Origin: an uncultured archaeon
GTDB taxonomy: Archaea; Asgardarchaeota; Lokiarchaeia; Sigyniarchaeales; SOKP01
Reading direction: 5' to 3'
Assembly: GCA_964486045.1 (NCBI GenBank)
Contig: CAZALK010000002.1
Coordinates: 96,001-160,000, forward strand
DNA length: 64,000 nt
Numbering within the stretch: position 1 is the stretch's first letter; each line of letters starts with the position of its first letter. A model generated the notes under the pieces. It saw only the letters and a list, made by a program, of their open reading frames with translations, had not been told where the DNA came from and did no database searches. A program made the translations under genes and the position numbers. Shown here piece by piece: positions 1 through 10,039 of this stretch.

Positions 1-364
1 TCAAGCTGGAACTTCTCGTATGCAAAGACCTGCTAATTTAAGAATTGTAAGAGTAATGTGTGGTGGACGGGTTGATCCTCAATTTATTCTAAATGCTCTA
101 AAAAATGGTGCTGACGGTGTTTTAGTAAGTCATTGTCATCCTGGAGATTGTCATTATGTTGAAGGGAATCTAAAAACAATTCGAAAATTACCTTTACTTC
201 ATTTATACTTGAAACAATTTGGAATTAACCCAAAAAGAGTTAAATACGTATTTGTATCGGCTTCTGAAGGGATTGAGTTAACTAGAATCGTAAAGGAATT
301 TGTAGAAGAACTAAATGAATTAGGTCCTAGCCCTATATTAAAAGAATTAAAAGTAAAAGTTTGA
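1..364 (+). CDS. mvhD: MvhD/FlpD-type [2Fe-2S] subunit (or C-terminal MvhD domain of an HdrA fusion), 5'-truncated by the window edge
   Basis: The frame is open from the window edge (QAGTSRMQRP...). Motifs RVMCGGRVDP, GADGVLV, CHPGDCHY and SASEG are present. Confidence 0.85.
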   Translation, partial: QAGTSRMQRPANLRIVRVMCGGRVDPQFILNALKNGADGVLVSHCHPGDCHYVEGNLKTIRKLPLLHLYLKQFGINPKRVKYVFVSASEGIELTRIVKEFVEELNELGPSPILKELKVKV

Positions 365-385
365 GGTAAATGAGGTAAGTTAAAA

Positions 386-2152
386 ATGTATCCAAGGGTA
401 AAAAGAATCAAGAATGATAAAATTGACGAGGTTATTGTAAACTTCTACCTCGAAAATCAGGCATTAGAATATAATAGGGAAGATTGTGTTGGGTGTGGAG
501 TTTGTTTCAAAGTATGCCCGAAGGAAGCAATTAGCGATCCTAAAGATAACGGTGTGATTGACACAAGTTTTTCATTTGATGATTTAGATAAGGCAGTTAT
601 CAGTTCGAACAATTGTTGTTTTTGCGGATTATGCGCTTCCCTGTGTAAAATAATTGGGATTGAAAATGACAAACCAAAACTCTTAGAAGATTGCTCTGAA
701 TGTTCTAAATGTACTAGATTTTGTGCAAGAACCTATATAACGGAAGGTGAACTTGAAGAAGCAATTTTTAATGGAAAAACTCGAACAAATCCTTTATTCG
801 GATATTTTCAAAAAGCTATTACAGCACAAACAACTAATAAACATGCGCTAGAAGTGGCCCAAAATGGTGGAACATGTTCTACAATCCTTATTCACGCTCT
901 CGAGACAGGATTAATTGATGGTGCACTTCTTACGGGAATGGATGAAAATTGGAAGCCAAAACCTATCATCGCAACAACAAAAGAAGAGATATTATCCGCT
1001 GGTGGCTCCAGATATACTATGGCACCTTCGTTGCTCGTTTATAGTGAGGCAATTATTAAACATAAGCTCAAAAAACTAGCATTCGTTGGAATGCCCTGCC
1101 AAATTGATGCTGTCAGAAAACTCCAATTAGACTCGCCTTTTTCTGAGCAATTAGGAAAAATAACTTTGACCATTGGGTTATATTGCTCATCAAATTATAC
1201 ATATGAATTAATGGAAAAACTAGTAGTTGAAAAGCTTGAAGTGCCTATTAATGAAGTAAAGAAAATCGACATCTCAAAAGGTAAGTTATTTGTATATAAG
1301 AAAGATGGTGAAGTTAAAAAAATTGGAGTAAAACAAACCGTACCGTATTATTGGGATAGCTGCAAATATTGTGATGATTACACTGCTGAATTTGCTGACA
1401 TCTCTTTAGGAAGTGTTGGGGCGCCTACAGATGATTGGAATAGTGTGTTCATTCGTTCAGATTTAGGGATGAAAATTTTCGACGATCTAGTCGCTGCTGG
1501 AAAAATAACAACTGCTAATGATTTTGAGATCGAAAGACTTGAGAGAGAATGTACTCGTAAAAAGAAAAACGTGGTTGATTTAGAAAAGAAATACTTGAGT
1601 GTTGAGGATCTCGAGGCTTACTTCATAACTACTGAGGATCTAATACCAGAAGTTCCCGATCCACTTGCATGTGCTTATTGCGGCACATGTGCAATTATGT
1701 GTCCTTGGTCCACTATAACGTTAAAAAAGGATGGTCAAGCAATAGAATTAAAAGACATTGAGATTGTAGAAAAAAATGTCGTGCCAAGTTTAAACATTAA
1801 GCTCACTGACTGTGATATTATTAAGAGAAAAGCAAAGGTCTATGTCGAAGGCAAAATGGATTTAAATTGGGATAAATGTATCAATTGTTTATCTTGCATT
1901 GAAGTTTGTCCAACGGGAGCCTTTTTTAGTGCTGATATTCCAAATGAAGGACCAGCGTTGGAATATAATGGTGTAAAATATGAACAAGGAAGATGGCGTG
2001 AAGTAGATTATGACGATGATAAATGTATTCGATGTGGCGCTTGCGTCATGGCATGTCCAACTAGCACTATGACTTTAATTATTGACAAGGTCAATTTCTC
2101 TGGGGAATATCAAGATGTTTTCTGGTTGGATGTAATACAGCGTCTTAAGTGA
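386..2152 (+). CDS. FwdF-like polyferredoxin with an inserted FrhB/FdhB-family (F420/FAD-binding) domain
   Basis: Multiple CxxCxxCxxxCP motifs. The central region has GGTCS..LETGLIDG, GSRYT, VGMPCQ, IGLYC and CKYCDDYTAEFADIS. Both flanks align by eye with 36496-37224. Confidence 0.8.
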   Translation: MYPRVKRIKNDKIDEVIVNFYLENQALEYNREDCVGCGVCFKVCPKEAISDPKDNGVIDTSFSFDDLDKAVISSNNCCFCGLCASLCKIIGIENDKPKLLEDCSECSKCTRFCARTYITEGELEEAIFNGKTRTNPLFGYFQKAITAQTTNKHALEVAQNGGTCSTILIHALETGLIDGALLTGMDENWKPKPIIATTKEEILSAGGSRYTMAPSLLVYSEAIIKHKLKKLAFVGMPCQIDAVRKLQLDSPFSEQLGKITLTIGLYCSSNYTYELMEKLVVEKLEVPINEVKKIDISKGKLFVYKKDGEVKKIGVKQTVPYYWDSCKYCDDYTAEFADISLGSVGAPTDDWNSVFIRSDLGMKIFDDLVAAGKITTANDFEIERLERECTRKKKNVVDLEKKYLSVEDLEAYFITTEDLIPEVPDPLACAYCGTCAIMCPWSTITLKKDGQAIELKDIEIVEKNVVPSLNIKLTDCDIIKRKAKVYVEGKMDLNWDKCINCLSCIEVCPTGAFFSADIPNEGPALEYNGVKYEQGRWREVDYDDDKCIRCGACVMACPTSTMTLIIDKVNFSGEYQDVFWLDVIQRLK

Positions 2153-2223
2153 TAAATAGATTATAATCAAAATTTTTTTAATCCTTTTTCTTTAGTTTCA
2201 ACTTTAATAATATTTTTATTACT
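2141..2223 (+). repeat. 83-bp direct repeat, copy 1 (last codons and 3' flank of the FwdF-FrhB gene)
   Basis: Matches 8322-8404 with about 4 mismatches. Confidence 0.9.
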
Positions 2224-2389
2224 AATTTTCGATCATACAGACCAGCATCATTTCTTAGCATTCGATAGTTCTTTTAATGATATATTGGAGATACTTGGAA
2301 ATCTCTTTAGAAATAAGATAGATCGTAACATTCAAATACAAGATTTTAGAGTATAAATAGACCAAATAAAATTGAATTTTTCTCTTTTT

Positions 2390-3550
2390 CTATTTTAGAA
2401 TATTAACTTTTCTTCGTTTAAGATTGTTCACTAGACTTGAGAAGTCATCATCTAATCCCTTCAGAAATAAACTTTTTAGATTTTTAAGATATAGTATCGA
2501 CAAAGGTAATTCTTTTATTGGATTTTCTCTAATGTCCAAGCTTTTGAGTGATGACATATATCCAATCGATTCTGGAATAGTTTTGATTAAATTATTTCCA
2601 ATTACAAAATCTTTAAGGGATGTGAGTTTTCCAATAGACTCTGGTAAAACTTTTATTAAATTGCTACCAACAAATAACAATTCTAGATGAGCCAGATTGC
2701 TGATAGAAGCGGGTAGTTTCTTTAATTTGTTGTGTTGCAGCTTTAATTGCTTTAATTTTTCAAGATTTACTAATGATTCTGGAATCTCCTTTAATTGGTT
2801 ATCAGATACATCAAGGACTTGGAGCTGATCAAATTCATCGATCCACTCTGGTAAGGTTTCCAGTTGATTTCTACTGAGAACAAGTCCCTCCAATAGCTTC
2901 AATTCTCTAATAATTTCTGGTATCTTGCTAATTCCGCAATTATCTAAGCTTACCCATTTAACTACGCCGTTTTCTACCACAATTCCATAAGAATGTGGAT
3001 TTAGTCTTGTGTTAATTTTCATAGGAATTCCTAATGACATTCCCAGCTTAGTTATAATATCCCCGTTTTTAACAAGACTTAAGAACTCTTCTCTAGACAA
3101 AACATCTAGATAACCTTCATCTCTGAGGAAAGATTGAATATTCTTATTACCGGACATAAACCTTTCTGCTATCTCTTCTTTATATCTCTTTTTAGCCAAC
3201 GGGTCTCCGCTTTCATATAGCTTTTGTAGCAAAGAAAATGCGAGATTGGAATGTAAGAGACGCGTATTATAATCGTTTTCATACCACACTTGAAGATTTG
3301 AGCAGTGCCCCCAGAATTCTACTTCTGGAGATATATTATAGTGATAGCCTTCTACCTCTTCGAGTAATGGATCTAACAATTCAGCAGCGTCATCAATCGA
3401 ATCTATATTGGTAAGTGAACTTATTTCTTCTACTGGAATATTAATCAGAAGAAAAGTACATTGTTGAAATAACTCTCCCTTTATATAAATGTTTGATTTT
3501 TTGTCTTCAAGCCTGAGTGTTATATATTCATTTATTTTAAATTCATTCAT
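2390..3550 (-). CDS. Leucine-rich-repeat protein with a conserved N-terminal domain (EFWGHCSNLQVW)
   Basis: C-terminal LxxLxLxxNxLxxLP repeats; paralog of 37674-38984. Confidence 0.9.
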   Translation of the reverse strand: MNEFKINEYITLRLEDKKSNIYIKGELFQQCTFLLINIPVEEISSLTNIDSIDDAAELLDPLLEEVEGYHYNISPEVEFWGHCSNLQVWYENDYNTRLLHSNLAFSLLQKLYESGDPLAKKRYKEEIAERFMSGNKNIQSFLRDEGYLDVLSREEFLSLVKNGDIITKLGMSLGIPMKINTRLNPHSYGIVVENGVVKWVSLDNCGISKIPEIIRELKLLEGLVLSRNQLETLPEWIDEFDQLQVLDVSDNQLKEIPESLVNLEKLKQLKLQHNKLKKLPASISNLAHLELLFVGSNLIKVLPESIGKLTSLKDFVIGNNLIKTIPESIGYMSSLKSLDIRENPIKELPLSILYLKNLKSLFLKGLDDDFSSLVNNLKRRKVNILK

Positions 3551-3713
3551 TTCTTATATTTTTATCACAAATTCACTATCAAAGATTTAAATTAACATGA
3601 AATAATAGATGCTCTATTAATTTAAACTTAAAGTCTTATTCAATTTTAAGATTTAATATCGAGGCTAAATTTTTAGTGTTAGAATTTTGACGAATTAAAT
3701 TTCATTTCACAAG

Positions 3714-3818
3714 TGCCCTAAGGATGTAATGACATTAAATATTGACAAAGTAAATTTCTCTGGCGAATATCAAGAGATCTTCTGGCTGGACGTGATACAG
3801 CGTCTAAAAACGTTGTAA
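3714..3818 (+). pseudogene. Orphan diverged duplicate of the 3' end of the FwdF-FrhB gene
   Basis: Encodes CPKDVMTLNIDKVNFSGEYQEIFWLDVIQRLKTL*, versus CPTSTMTLIIDKVNFSGEYQDVFWLDVIQRLK* at 2054-2152. Confidence 0.9.
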
Positions 3819-3999
3819 AATTGTATGCAATTATCCTCTATCGCTATTTTCATTTGTGAGGAGTGGAAAAGAAGGGAGATCCTTAACTATTAATTTTTTC
3901 TTTTTTCTCTTTTTTTTTTTTTTTTCATCCTGTATAAGTATTTAATTTCCGTATTCACCAATAACATAAACAGAAACTGAATTATAATATTTTTTTATT

Positions 4000-4344
4000 T
4001 ACAAGGTCAAGACTTCTGATAGCGTACCTGAAGCTGACTTATCGTTTATTCCTGAAATTGATAATAAATAATTAAGTGACTTACGGTAGGACCCCAAAAT
4101 TGAAATGTTAATTATTTCACCCGCAGACCTAACGTGTAGTAGGGATAGTGATGGAGATGATAATTGGGGTGAAGTTACCCGAGATAACCTATATGGATTA
4201 GATGAAATCTCTTGGATACCAGAAGTATATGTAGGGAGATTTCCTGCAAACGATGCTAATGAACTTGAAATTATGGTTAATAGAACATTAAAATATGAAA
4301 AAAGTCCCAGAAAACAGTATAGTAAAAGCAGTACAAATCCATAA
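4000..4344 (+). pseudogene. Decayed fragment of a C25 (gingipain-like) peptidase or surface protein
   Basis: DSDGDDNWGE...PEVYVGRFPA motif; in-frame stops upstream; truncated. Confidence 0.6.
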
Positions 4345-4453
4345 CAACAAAGATTATTAAAAACTTTTTTTTATTATGTATTTAACAATCAATTTCAAAG
4401 ATTATTTACCTTAAGGATCAAATTCTTTAAAAATATGAAGTGTGAGATAAGTT

Positions 4454-7400
4454 ATGGATGTTTTAACTAAAGTTAAGAATAATTCTAATGAGAATTTCCG
4501 AAAGATGATCGAAAATTTAGACGTGGGCTTCTATAAGGGTGATTCAGATGGGAATCTCTTAATGTATAACCGGGCATTAAAAGAAATATTAGGTTTTGAA
4601 CCCTCAAAAGATTTAGCTGGCAACCTAGCAGAATATTTTTTTAAAAACAAAGCAGATCAAAAAATTTTTTATAGAGAATTAATGGAAATGGGAAGAGTTA
4701 AGGATTATATTGTTCAAGTAAAGAAACCAAATGGAAAAATTATAATGGTTCAAATCAATGCACATGTTGTGAAAGAATTTGATGATAAACTAACTACTAT
4801 CGAGGGGAATGTTATTGATATTTCCGAAAGTTATCAATTAGAACATAGACTAAACGAATCTGAAGAGAATTGTCGAACTTTTATGGAAACTGCCAAAGAT
4901 TTTATGCACATCATTGATAATAAAGGCAAAATAATCTATGCAAATAGAGATTTCTTTGGCTATAAAAAAGAGGAATTAATGAATATGCGCATCACTGAAC
5001 TGATCGCAGAAGAAGAACTGCCTATATTCACTCTGGAATTGAAAAGCTTAATTGGAAATGGCAGCATTACTCTAACGGATCTGTCTTGTAAAAGTAAGGA
5101 CGGTACTAAAATTATCGGGGAATTAAGTGCGGTTGCAATATATGGTACTGATGGAAAATTTAACGGCGCCATAAGTATCTTCAATGACATTACCGAACGC
5201 AAGAAGATGGAAGAAATATTACTAAATAACGAGGAATTATTCAGAGATTTTTTTGAAAGTGCCGCCGTCGGGTTTCATATTTTCGGACCAGACCGTATCA
5301 TCACAAAAATGAATGAATATGAGTTGAACTTGTTAGGTTACAGTCGTGAGGAAATCATCGATAAAAAAACATGGTATGACATTATCATTCCAGAACAGAG
5401 ATCTCAGTTTGAGAAGCACTGGAACGATATTCTAGAAAAAGGTTCAGTCAAAAACTTGGAATATACATTAATACATAAGGATGGGCATTTTATTGATGTG
5501 CTCCTTAATGCATCTTCGAGATTTGATGAAAATGGTAATTTAATTAATACTCGCGGTAGTGTCATAGATATTACCAGACGTAGGAAGGTGGAGCAAGCGT
5601 TAAGGGAGTCTGAACATAATCTTGGAGAACGCATTAAGGAATTAAATTGTCTTTATGGAATTTCTCAACTTGTTGAAAAACCTGAGGTCTCATCAGAAGA
5701 AATTATACGTGGAACTCTTGAGTTGATCCCACCTGCTTGGCAATTTCCAGAGGTGACCTGCGCAAGAATTATATATCATAAAAAATTGTACAAAACGGAA
5801 AATTTTAAAGAAACCGAATGGAAATTAACAACTCGAGTTGAAGTTTTTGAGAAACCAATGGAAATTGAAGTTTATTACCTTGAAGTTAACCCATTTCTTA
5901 AAGAAGAAATAAATTTAATAAACGATATTGGAAAGCGGTTAAAGGTTATTTTTGAGCATATGGAAGCAGAACAAAAATTAAAAGAATCTGAAGAGAAATT
6001 AAAAAAATTAAACTTAGAACTGGAACAAAGAATAGATGAAAGAACTAAAGATTTAAAAGAATCTGAACATGATCTTGGAGAACGCGTTAAGGAATTAAAT
6101 TGTCTTTTTGGAATTTCTCAACTTGTTGAAAAACCTGAGGTCTCATGTGAAGAAATTATACGTGGAACTCTCGACCTAATTCCACCAGCATGGCAATTTT
6201 CAGAGATAACGTGTGCAAGAATATCCCTTAACGGACAAGAATTTAAAACGAAAAATTTTAAGGAGACTGCGTGGAAGCAAAAAGCCGGTATAAAAAGAAG
6301 TGATGAAATTATAGGAACTATTGAAGTTTATTATTTGAAAGATAAGCCTATATTCGATGAGGGACCTTTCTTGAGGGAAGAGAGAAACTTAATTAATGCC
6401 CTTACTGAAATATTAGGAAGATATTTCGAGCGCAAGATGGCAGAACAAAAATTAAAAGAATCCGAAGAAAAATTTAGAGCACTTTTTAACAATACTAATG
6501 ATTCAATTTTTATTCTTGACAGAGATAGTCAATTTATTGAGATAAATAAAACAGCTTGCGAAAGATTGGGTTATATCAGAGAAGAATTATTGAAAATGGG
6601 TCCTAAAGATATCCTCCCTCCAGAATATAAAATTGATATACAAGCGAATATTAAAACTCTTTTTGAAAAAGGAGAAACAGTGGTAGAAGCTGAACAGATG
6701 ACAAAAGATGGAGATAGATTTCCTGTTGAAATTGGTTCCCGTATTTTTAATTTCGGGGGAAAAAAAGCAATTATTAGTGTTGCCCGAGATATTTCAGAGC
6801 GTAAAGTAGTAGAACAAAAATTAAAAGAATCAGAAAAGCAATACCATGAATCATATAATCGAGCTAATTTTTATAAAGATCTATTTGCCCATGATATAAA
6901 CAATATTCTTCAAATTATTACATCTTCAGCTGATCTTATCTCTATTCAGTTAGGAGATTTTGAAAAATCCAAGATATTACGAAACTTTACTAAAATTATC
7001 AATCAACAAGTTAAGAGAGGAGTAAAATTAGTAAAGAATGTTCATATTCTCTCAAAACTTGAAGAAGAGAATATAATTGTTCAATCAATTAAAGTTGATG
7101 AGACATTAAGAAAATCAATAGAATTCATTAAAAAATCATATAAAGATAGGCAATTACATCTTCAAGTTGACTCAGCAGATGTAGATTTTATAGTCCAAGC
7201 AAATCTACTACTACAAGACGTTTTTGAGAACATATTGATAAATGGTGTGAAATATAATGAAAACCCAAATATTGAAATTCTAATCAGAATTTCAAAAGTT
7301 CAAATCGATAATGCGGCCTTCATTAGAATGGAATTTATTGATAATGGAATCGGAATTCCAGATGATAGAAAAGAGATAATATTTAAAAAAGGAAATAGAA

Positions 7401-7552
7401 AGTTAAAGGGTGACAAAGGAATGGGATTGGGGCTCTCTTTAGTTAGTAAAATCATTAGCAGTTTTAATGGAAAAATCCGTGTTGTAGATAAAACAGAGGG
7501 AAATTATAGCAAGGGGTGTAATTTCATTATAGAGTTGCCTATTAAAAAATAA
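4454..7552 (+). CDS. Multi-PAS sensor histidine kinase with two GAF-like repeats
   Basis: PAS/PAC repeats, duplicated ERxKELNCL..PPAWQF block, H-box FAHDINN, DNGIG and GMGLGL boxes. Confidence 0.9.
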   Translation: MDVLTKVKNNSNENFRKMIENLDVGFYKGDSDGNLLMYNRALKEILGFEPSKDLAGNLAEYFFKNKADQKIFYRELMEMGRVKDYIVQVKKPNGKIIMVQINAHVVKEFDDKLTTIEGNVIDISESYQLEHRLNESEENCRTFMETAKDFMHIIDNKGKIIYANRDFFGYKKEELMNMRITELIAEEELPIFTLELKSLIGNGSITLTDLSCKSKDGTKIIGELSAVAIYGTDGKFNGAISIFNDITERKKMEEILLNNEELFRDFFESAAVGFHIFGPDRIITKMNEYELNLLGYSREEIIDKKTWYDIIIPEQRSQFEKHWNDILEKGSVKNLEYTLIHKDGHFIDVLLNASSRFDENGNLINTRGSVIDITRRRKVEQALRESEHNLGERIKELNCLYGISQLVEKPEVSSEEIIRGTLELIPPAWQFPEVTCARIIYHKKLYKTENFKETEWKLTTRVEVFEKPMEIEVYYLEVNPFLKEEINLINDIGKRLKVIFEHMEAEQKLKESEEKLKKLNLELEQRIDERTKDLKESEHDLGERVKELNCLFGISQLVEKPEVSCEEIIRGTLDLIPPAWQFSEITCARISLNGQEFKTKNFKETAWKQKAGIKRSDEIIGTIEVYYLKDKPIFDEGPFLREERNLINALTEILGRYFERKMAEQKLKESEEKFRALFNNTNDSIFILDRDSQFIEINKTACERLGYIREELLKMGPKDILPPEYKIDIQANIKTLFEKGETVVEAEQMTKDGDRFPVEIGSRIFNFGGKKAIISVARDISERKVVEQKLKESEKQYHESYNRANFYKDLFAHDINNILQIITSSADLISIQLGDFEKSKILRNFTKIINQQVKRGVKLVKNVHILSKLEEENIIVQSIKVDETLRKSIEFIKKSYKDRQLHLQVDSADVDFIVQANLLLQDVFENILINGVKYNENPNIEILIRISKVQIDNAAFIRMEFIDNGIGIPDDRKEIIFKKGNRKLKGDKGMGLGLSLVSKIISSFNGKIRVVDKTEGNYSKGCNFIIELPIKK

Positions 7553-7577
7553 TGCATTATTGCAGTATTAAATTACC

Positions 7578-7690
7578 TTATATCCTCTTTTTAAGCCAAT
7601 CTTCCTTAAAAATGCAATATTTATAATCATCCACATACACACCAGGTTGATCAAAAGGTATTTGATTTAGGGATAAATTCTGAAGATGTG
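7578..7690 (-). pseudogene. Orphan C-terminal fragment, possibly of a RimJ/RimL-type GNAT acetyltransferase
   Basis: ...GVYVDDYKYCIFKEDWLKKRI* resembles GNAT C-termini; the upstream part overlaps another gene fragment. Confidence 0.35.
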
Positions 7691-7719
7691 AAAGGACTAA
7701 AAAGTTCAGCAAGTGTGTC

Positions 7720-8278
7720 AGAGTTATGGAATTATACCACGGGAAATTAGGTGCGTTCTTCTCCGGTGTTGGGAGACGTGGACAATGATAGTAAACTCGA
7801 AGTGGTGGTGGGAAGCGATGATTATAAAATATATGCATTTAATCCCGTTCCTTCTGGTGAAAGAATTTATTGGCAAGGATTATCTGGAAATACTACATTT
7901 TCAAGGCAAAAAAACCTAGAAGCAGTTGATCCCGATCTTGACATGCTTTCTAGCTACTCGGAGACAAGGATTTATTTTTCAGATCCAGAAGATCCCGATA
8001 CTGATAAAGATGGATTATCAGATGGTGATGAAGTTTTAAATTACGGCACAGATCCCCTTGATACTGACACAGATGGTGACGGCTTTTTTGATGGAATAGA
8101 GGTTGCTTCGGGTACCGATCCATTAGATCCAAACAATTATCCAGGCGCACAACCCCCAACCCAACCTTCACCAAGCATTCAAGGATATAATATTTACATA
8201 CTAATGGGAGTAGTAGCTGTTAGCACGTTAATACTCATAAAGAAAAAGATTTGGGCTTCTAGAACTAAAAAAGTTTGA
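7720..8278 (+). pseudogene. C-terminal fragment of an FG-GAP/Ca-binding repeat surface protein with a C-terminal TM anchor
   Basis: SSPVLGDVDNDSKLEVVVGS, DPDTDKDGLSDGDE and DTDGDGFFDG repeats, Pro-rich linker, then IQGYN-TM-KKK. No signal peptide or true start. Confidence 0.65.
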
Positions 8279-8321
8279 TATATAGATTAATGAAAGAATT
8301 ACTAATTTTTTTTTGTTGAAA

Positions 8322-8404
8322 CGTCTGAAGGGATAAATAGATTATAATCAAAATTTTTTTAATCCTTTTTCTTTAGTTTCAACATTAATAATATTTTCAT
8401 TACT
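8322..8404 (+). repeat. 83-bp direct repeat, copy 2
   Basis: cgtctgaagggataaatagattataatc... matches 2141-2223. Confidence 0.9.
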
Positions 8405-8431
8405 TATGTTTCTTGGAGTAAAAAACATGAT

Positions 8432-9790
8432 TCATAAATCTTTTAGTGATTCAACTGAAGCTAAGCCTTCTGATTCCAATTTTGCTAGTTCTCTATCTAA
8501 CTTTTCTCTTTTCACTTCAATATTTTTTTGTTTTATTTTTAATTTCTCTTGGTCTGATTCCACTCTGGCGCGTTCTTGACTTAAGTTCTCATTTTCAACA
8601 ACGAATTTTTCTTGTGCGTTTTTTAAAATTTCTCGTTCTTTTTCTATTTGACTTTTCTCAGTTTCTATTTTTTCTCGTTCTACTTTCATCGCTTCACTCT
8701 CGATTTTCAAATTATCTCGTTGATTTTTTATTTGATTCCTCTCAGTCTCTATTTTTTCGTACTCTACTTTAATTGCATCATGCTCTATTTTCAAATTATC
8801 TCGTTCTCTTTCTATTTGATTACTCTCAGATTTAATTTTTTCTCTCTCGACATTCCTTGCTTCACGTTCGATTTTCAAATCGTCCCGTTCTTTTTCAATT
8901 TGACTATTCTCAGAATCTAGTTTTCTCCGTTCTATGCTTATTATTTCTTTTTCTGTTTCCAATTTAGCATTTTCTTGAATTAAATTCTTATTTTCAATTT
9001 CATATTTTTCTTGTGCGTTTTTTAATATTTCTCGTTCTTGTCCAATTTGATTTTTCTCAGCTTCCATTTTTTCTTGCTCTACATTCATTGATTCTAATTC
9101 AATTTCTAAATTTTTTAGTTTTTCCTGAAATAATTCTTTTTCAGTTTCAAATTCTTCCCTTTCAGCATCTAGTTCTTTCCGTCTTTCCTCAGGGCTCTTC
9201 CATGTTTTCAATTCATCTGTACTAGCTCCTAATTTTATTTCACACTTGTTCAACAAACCATCAAATGCTGACATTGAAAGGAAATCTTGTTCCTTTGCCA
9301 TATCATATTTTTCTCTCATGTCTTCATATAAAGCAGTTTTATTGACGAGGTTTGGATGATTAAGGAAACCTAAAAATGTAATAAGAGACTTTTTTGTTTT
9401 TTCGGGTAAACTCATACCTGATGTACTGCTTAAAAATTCATCAACTTGTTTTTTGGATTCTTCTATTGCCTTAGCATAAATAACTGGTTCTCCTCTAGTT
9501 GAGTGTGATTGTGAAATGTCAGTCTTTTTAAAACTACTTTCTTTACTAAATTTTATGCTAAGTTGATCTAATTTGCGATTAACACCCTCCATCTTGATAA
9601 AATTGGACTCTTTTGCCAAATAATAAACATCAATTATTTCTTCAACTAATCTTGAGTTTTCTTGTAGTTTAGGGTGATCAAGGTACCAAATAAGAGATTC
9701 TAACCTAACTTCAGTTTTTTTTGGTACACCTAACCATTCTTTACTACTTTTCTCTAGCAGATCTTTTTTAATTAAAGATACTTTCTCCAT
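8432..9790 (-). CDS. Protein with a duplicated N-terminal helical domain and a long 28-residue-period coiled coil
   Basis: E/K/R-rich heptads; repeats of the form EREKIxSExxQIExERDxLKIE; likely start at MEKVSL. Confidence 0.8.
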   Translation of the reverse strand: MEKVSLIKKDLLEKSSKEWLGVPKKTEVRLESLIWYLDHPKLQENSRLVEEIIDVYYLAKESNFIKMEGVNRKLDQLSIKFSKESSFKKTDISQSHSTRGEPVIYAKAIEESKKQVDEFLSSTSGMSLPEKTKKSLITFLGFLNHPNLVNKTALYEDMREKYDMAKEQDFLSMSAFDGLLNKCEIKLGASTDELKTWKSPEERRKELDAEREEFETEKELFQEKLKNLEIELESMNVEQEKMEAEKNQIGQEREILKNAQEKYEIENKNLIQENAKLETEKEIISIERRKLDSENSQIEKERDDLKIEREARNVEREKIKSESNQIERERDNLKIEHDAIKVEYEKIETERNQIKNQRDNLKIESEAMKVEREKIETEKSQIEKEREILKNAQEKFVVENENLSQERARVESDQEKLKIKQKNIEVKREKLDRELAKLESEGLASVESLKDL

Positions 9791-10039
9791 GAAATTTCTA
9801 ATAGTGTCAGAATTTTTATATATACGTTTTACGTACAAAAAAGGTAATTTATTCAAGATTCAATATGAGGTAGAAACTAAGAAAAATCGTACATTCCTAA
9901 CAGAGATTCTCGCAAATAATTAATAAAATTAGAATATTTCGCTTACCTAAATAAAAATAGTTTTATTTCTTAGATTTTTAATCTATAAATGGAAGACTAT
10001 TGTTTTTTGATTTTCAGATACTTTTGTTAAAAAATAATT

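Noticed and set aside
3894-3926. Long poly-T tract
   Set aside because: Plausible terminator or homopolymer artefact in AT-rich DNA; no specific function can be supported.
8600-8930. CRISPR-like or non-coding tandem repeat
   Set aside because: The 84-nt periodicity is degenerate and is explained by the coiled-coil coding repeat; there are no unique spacers.
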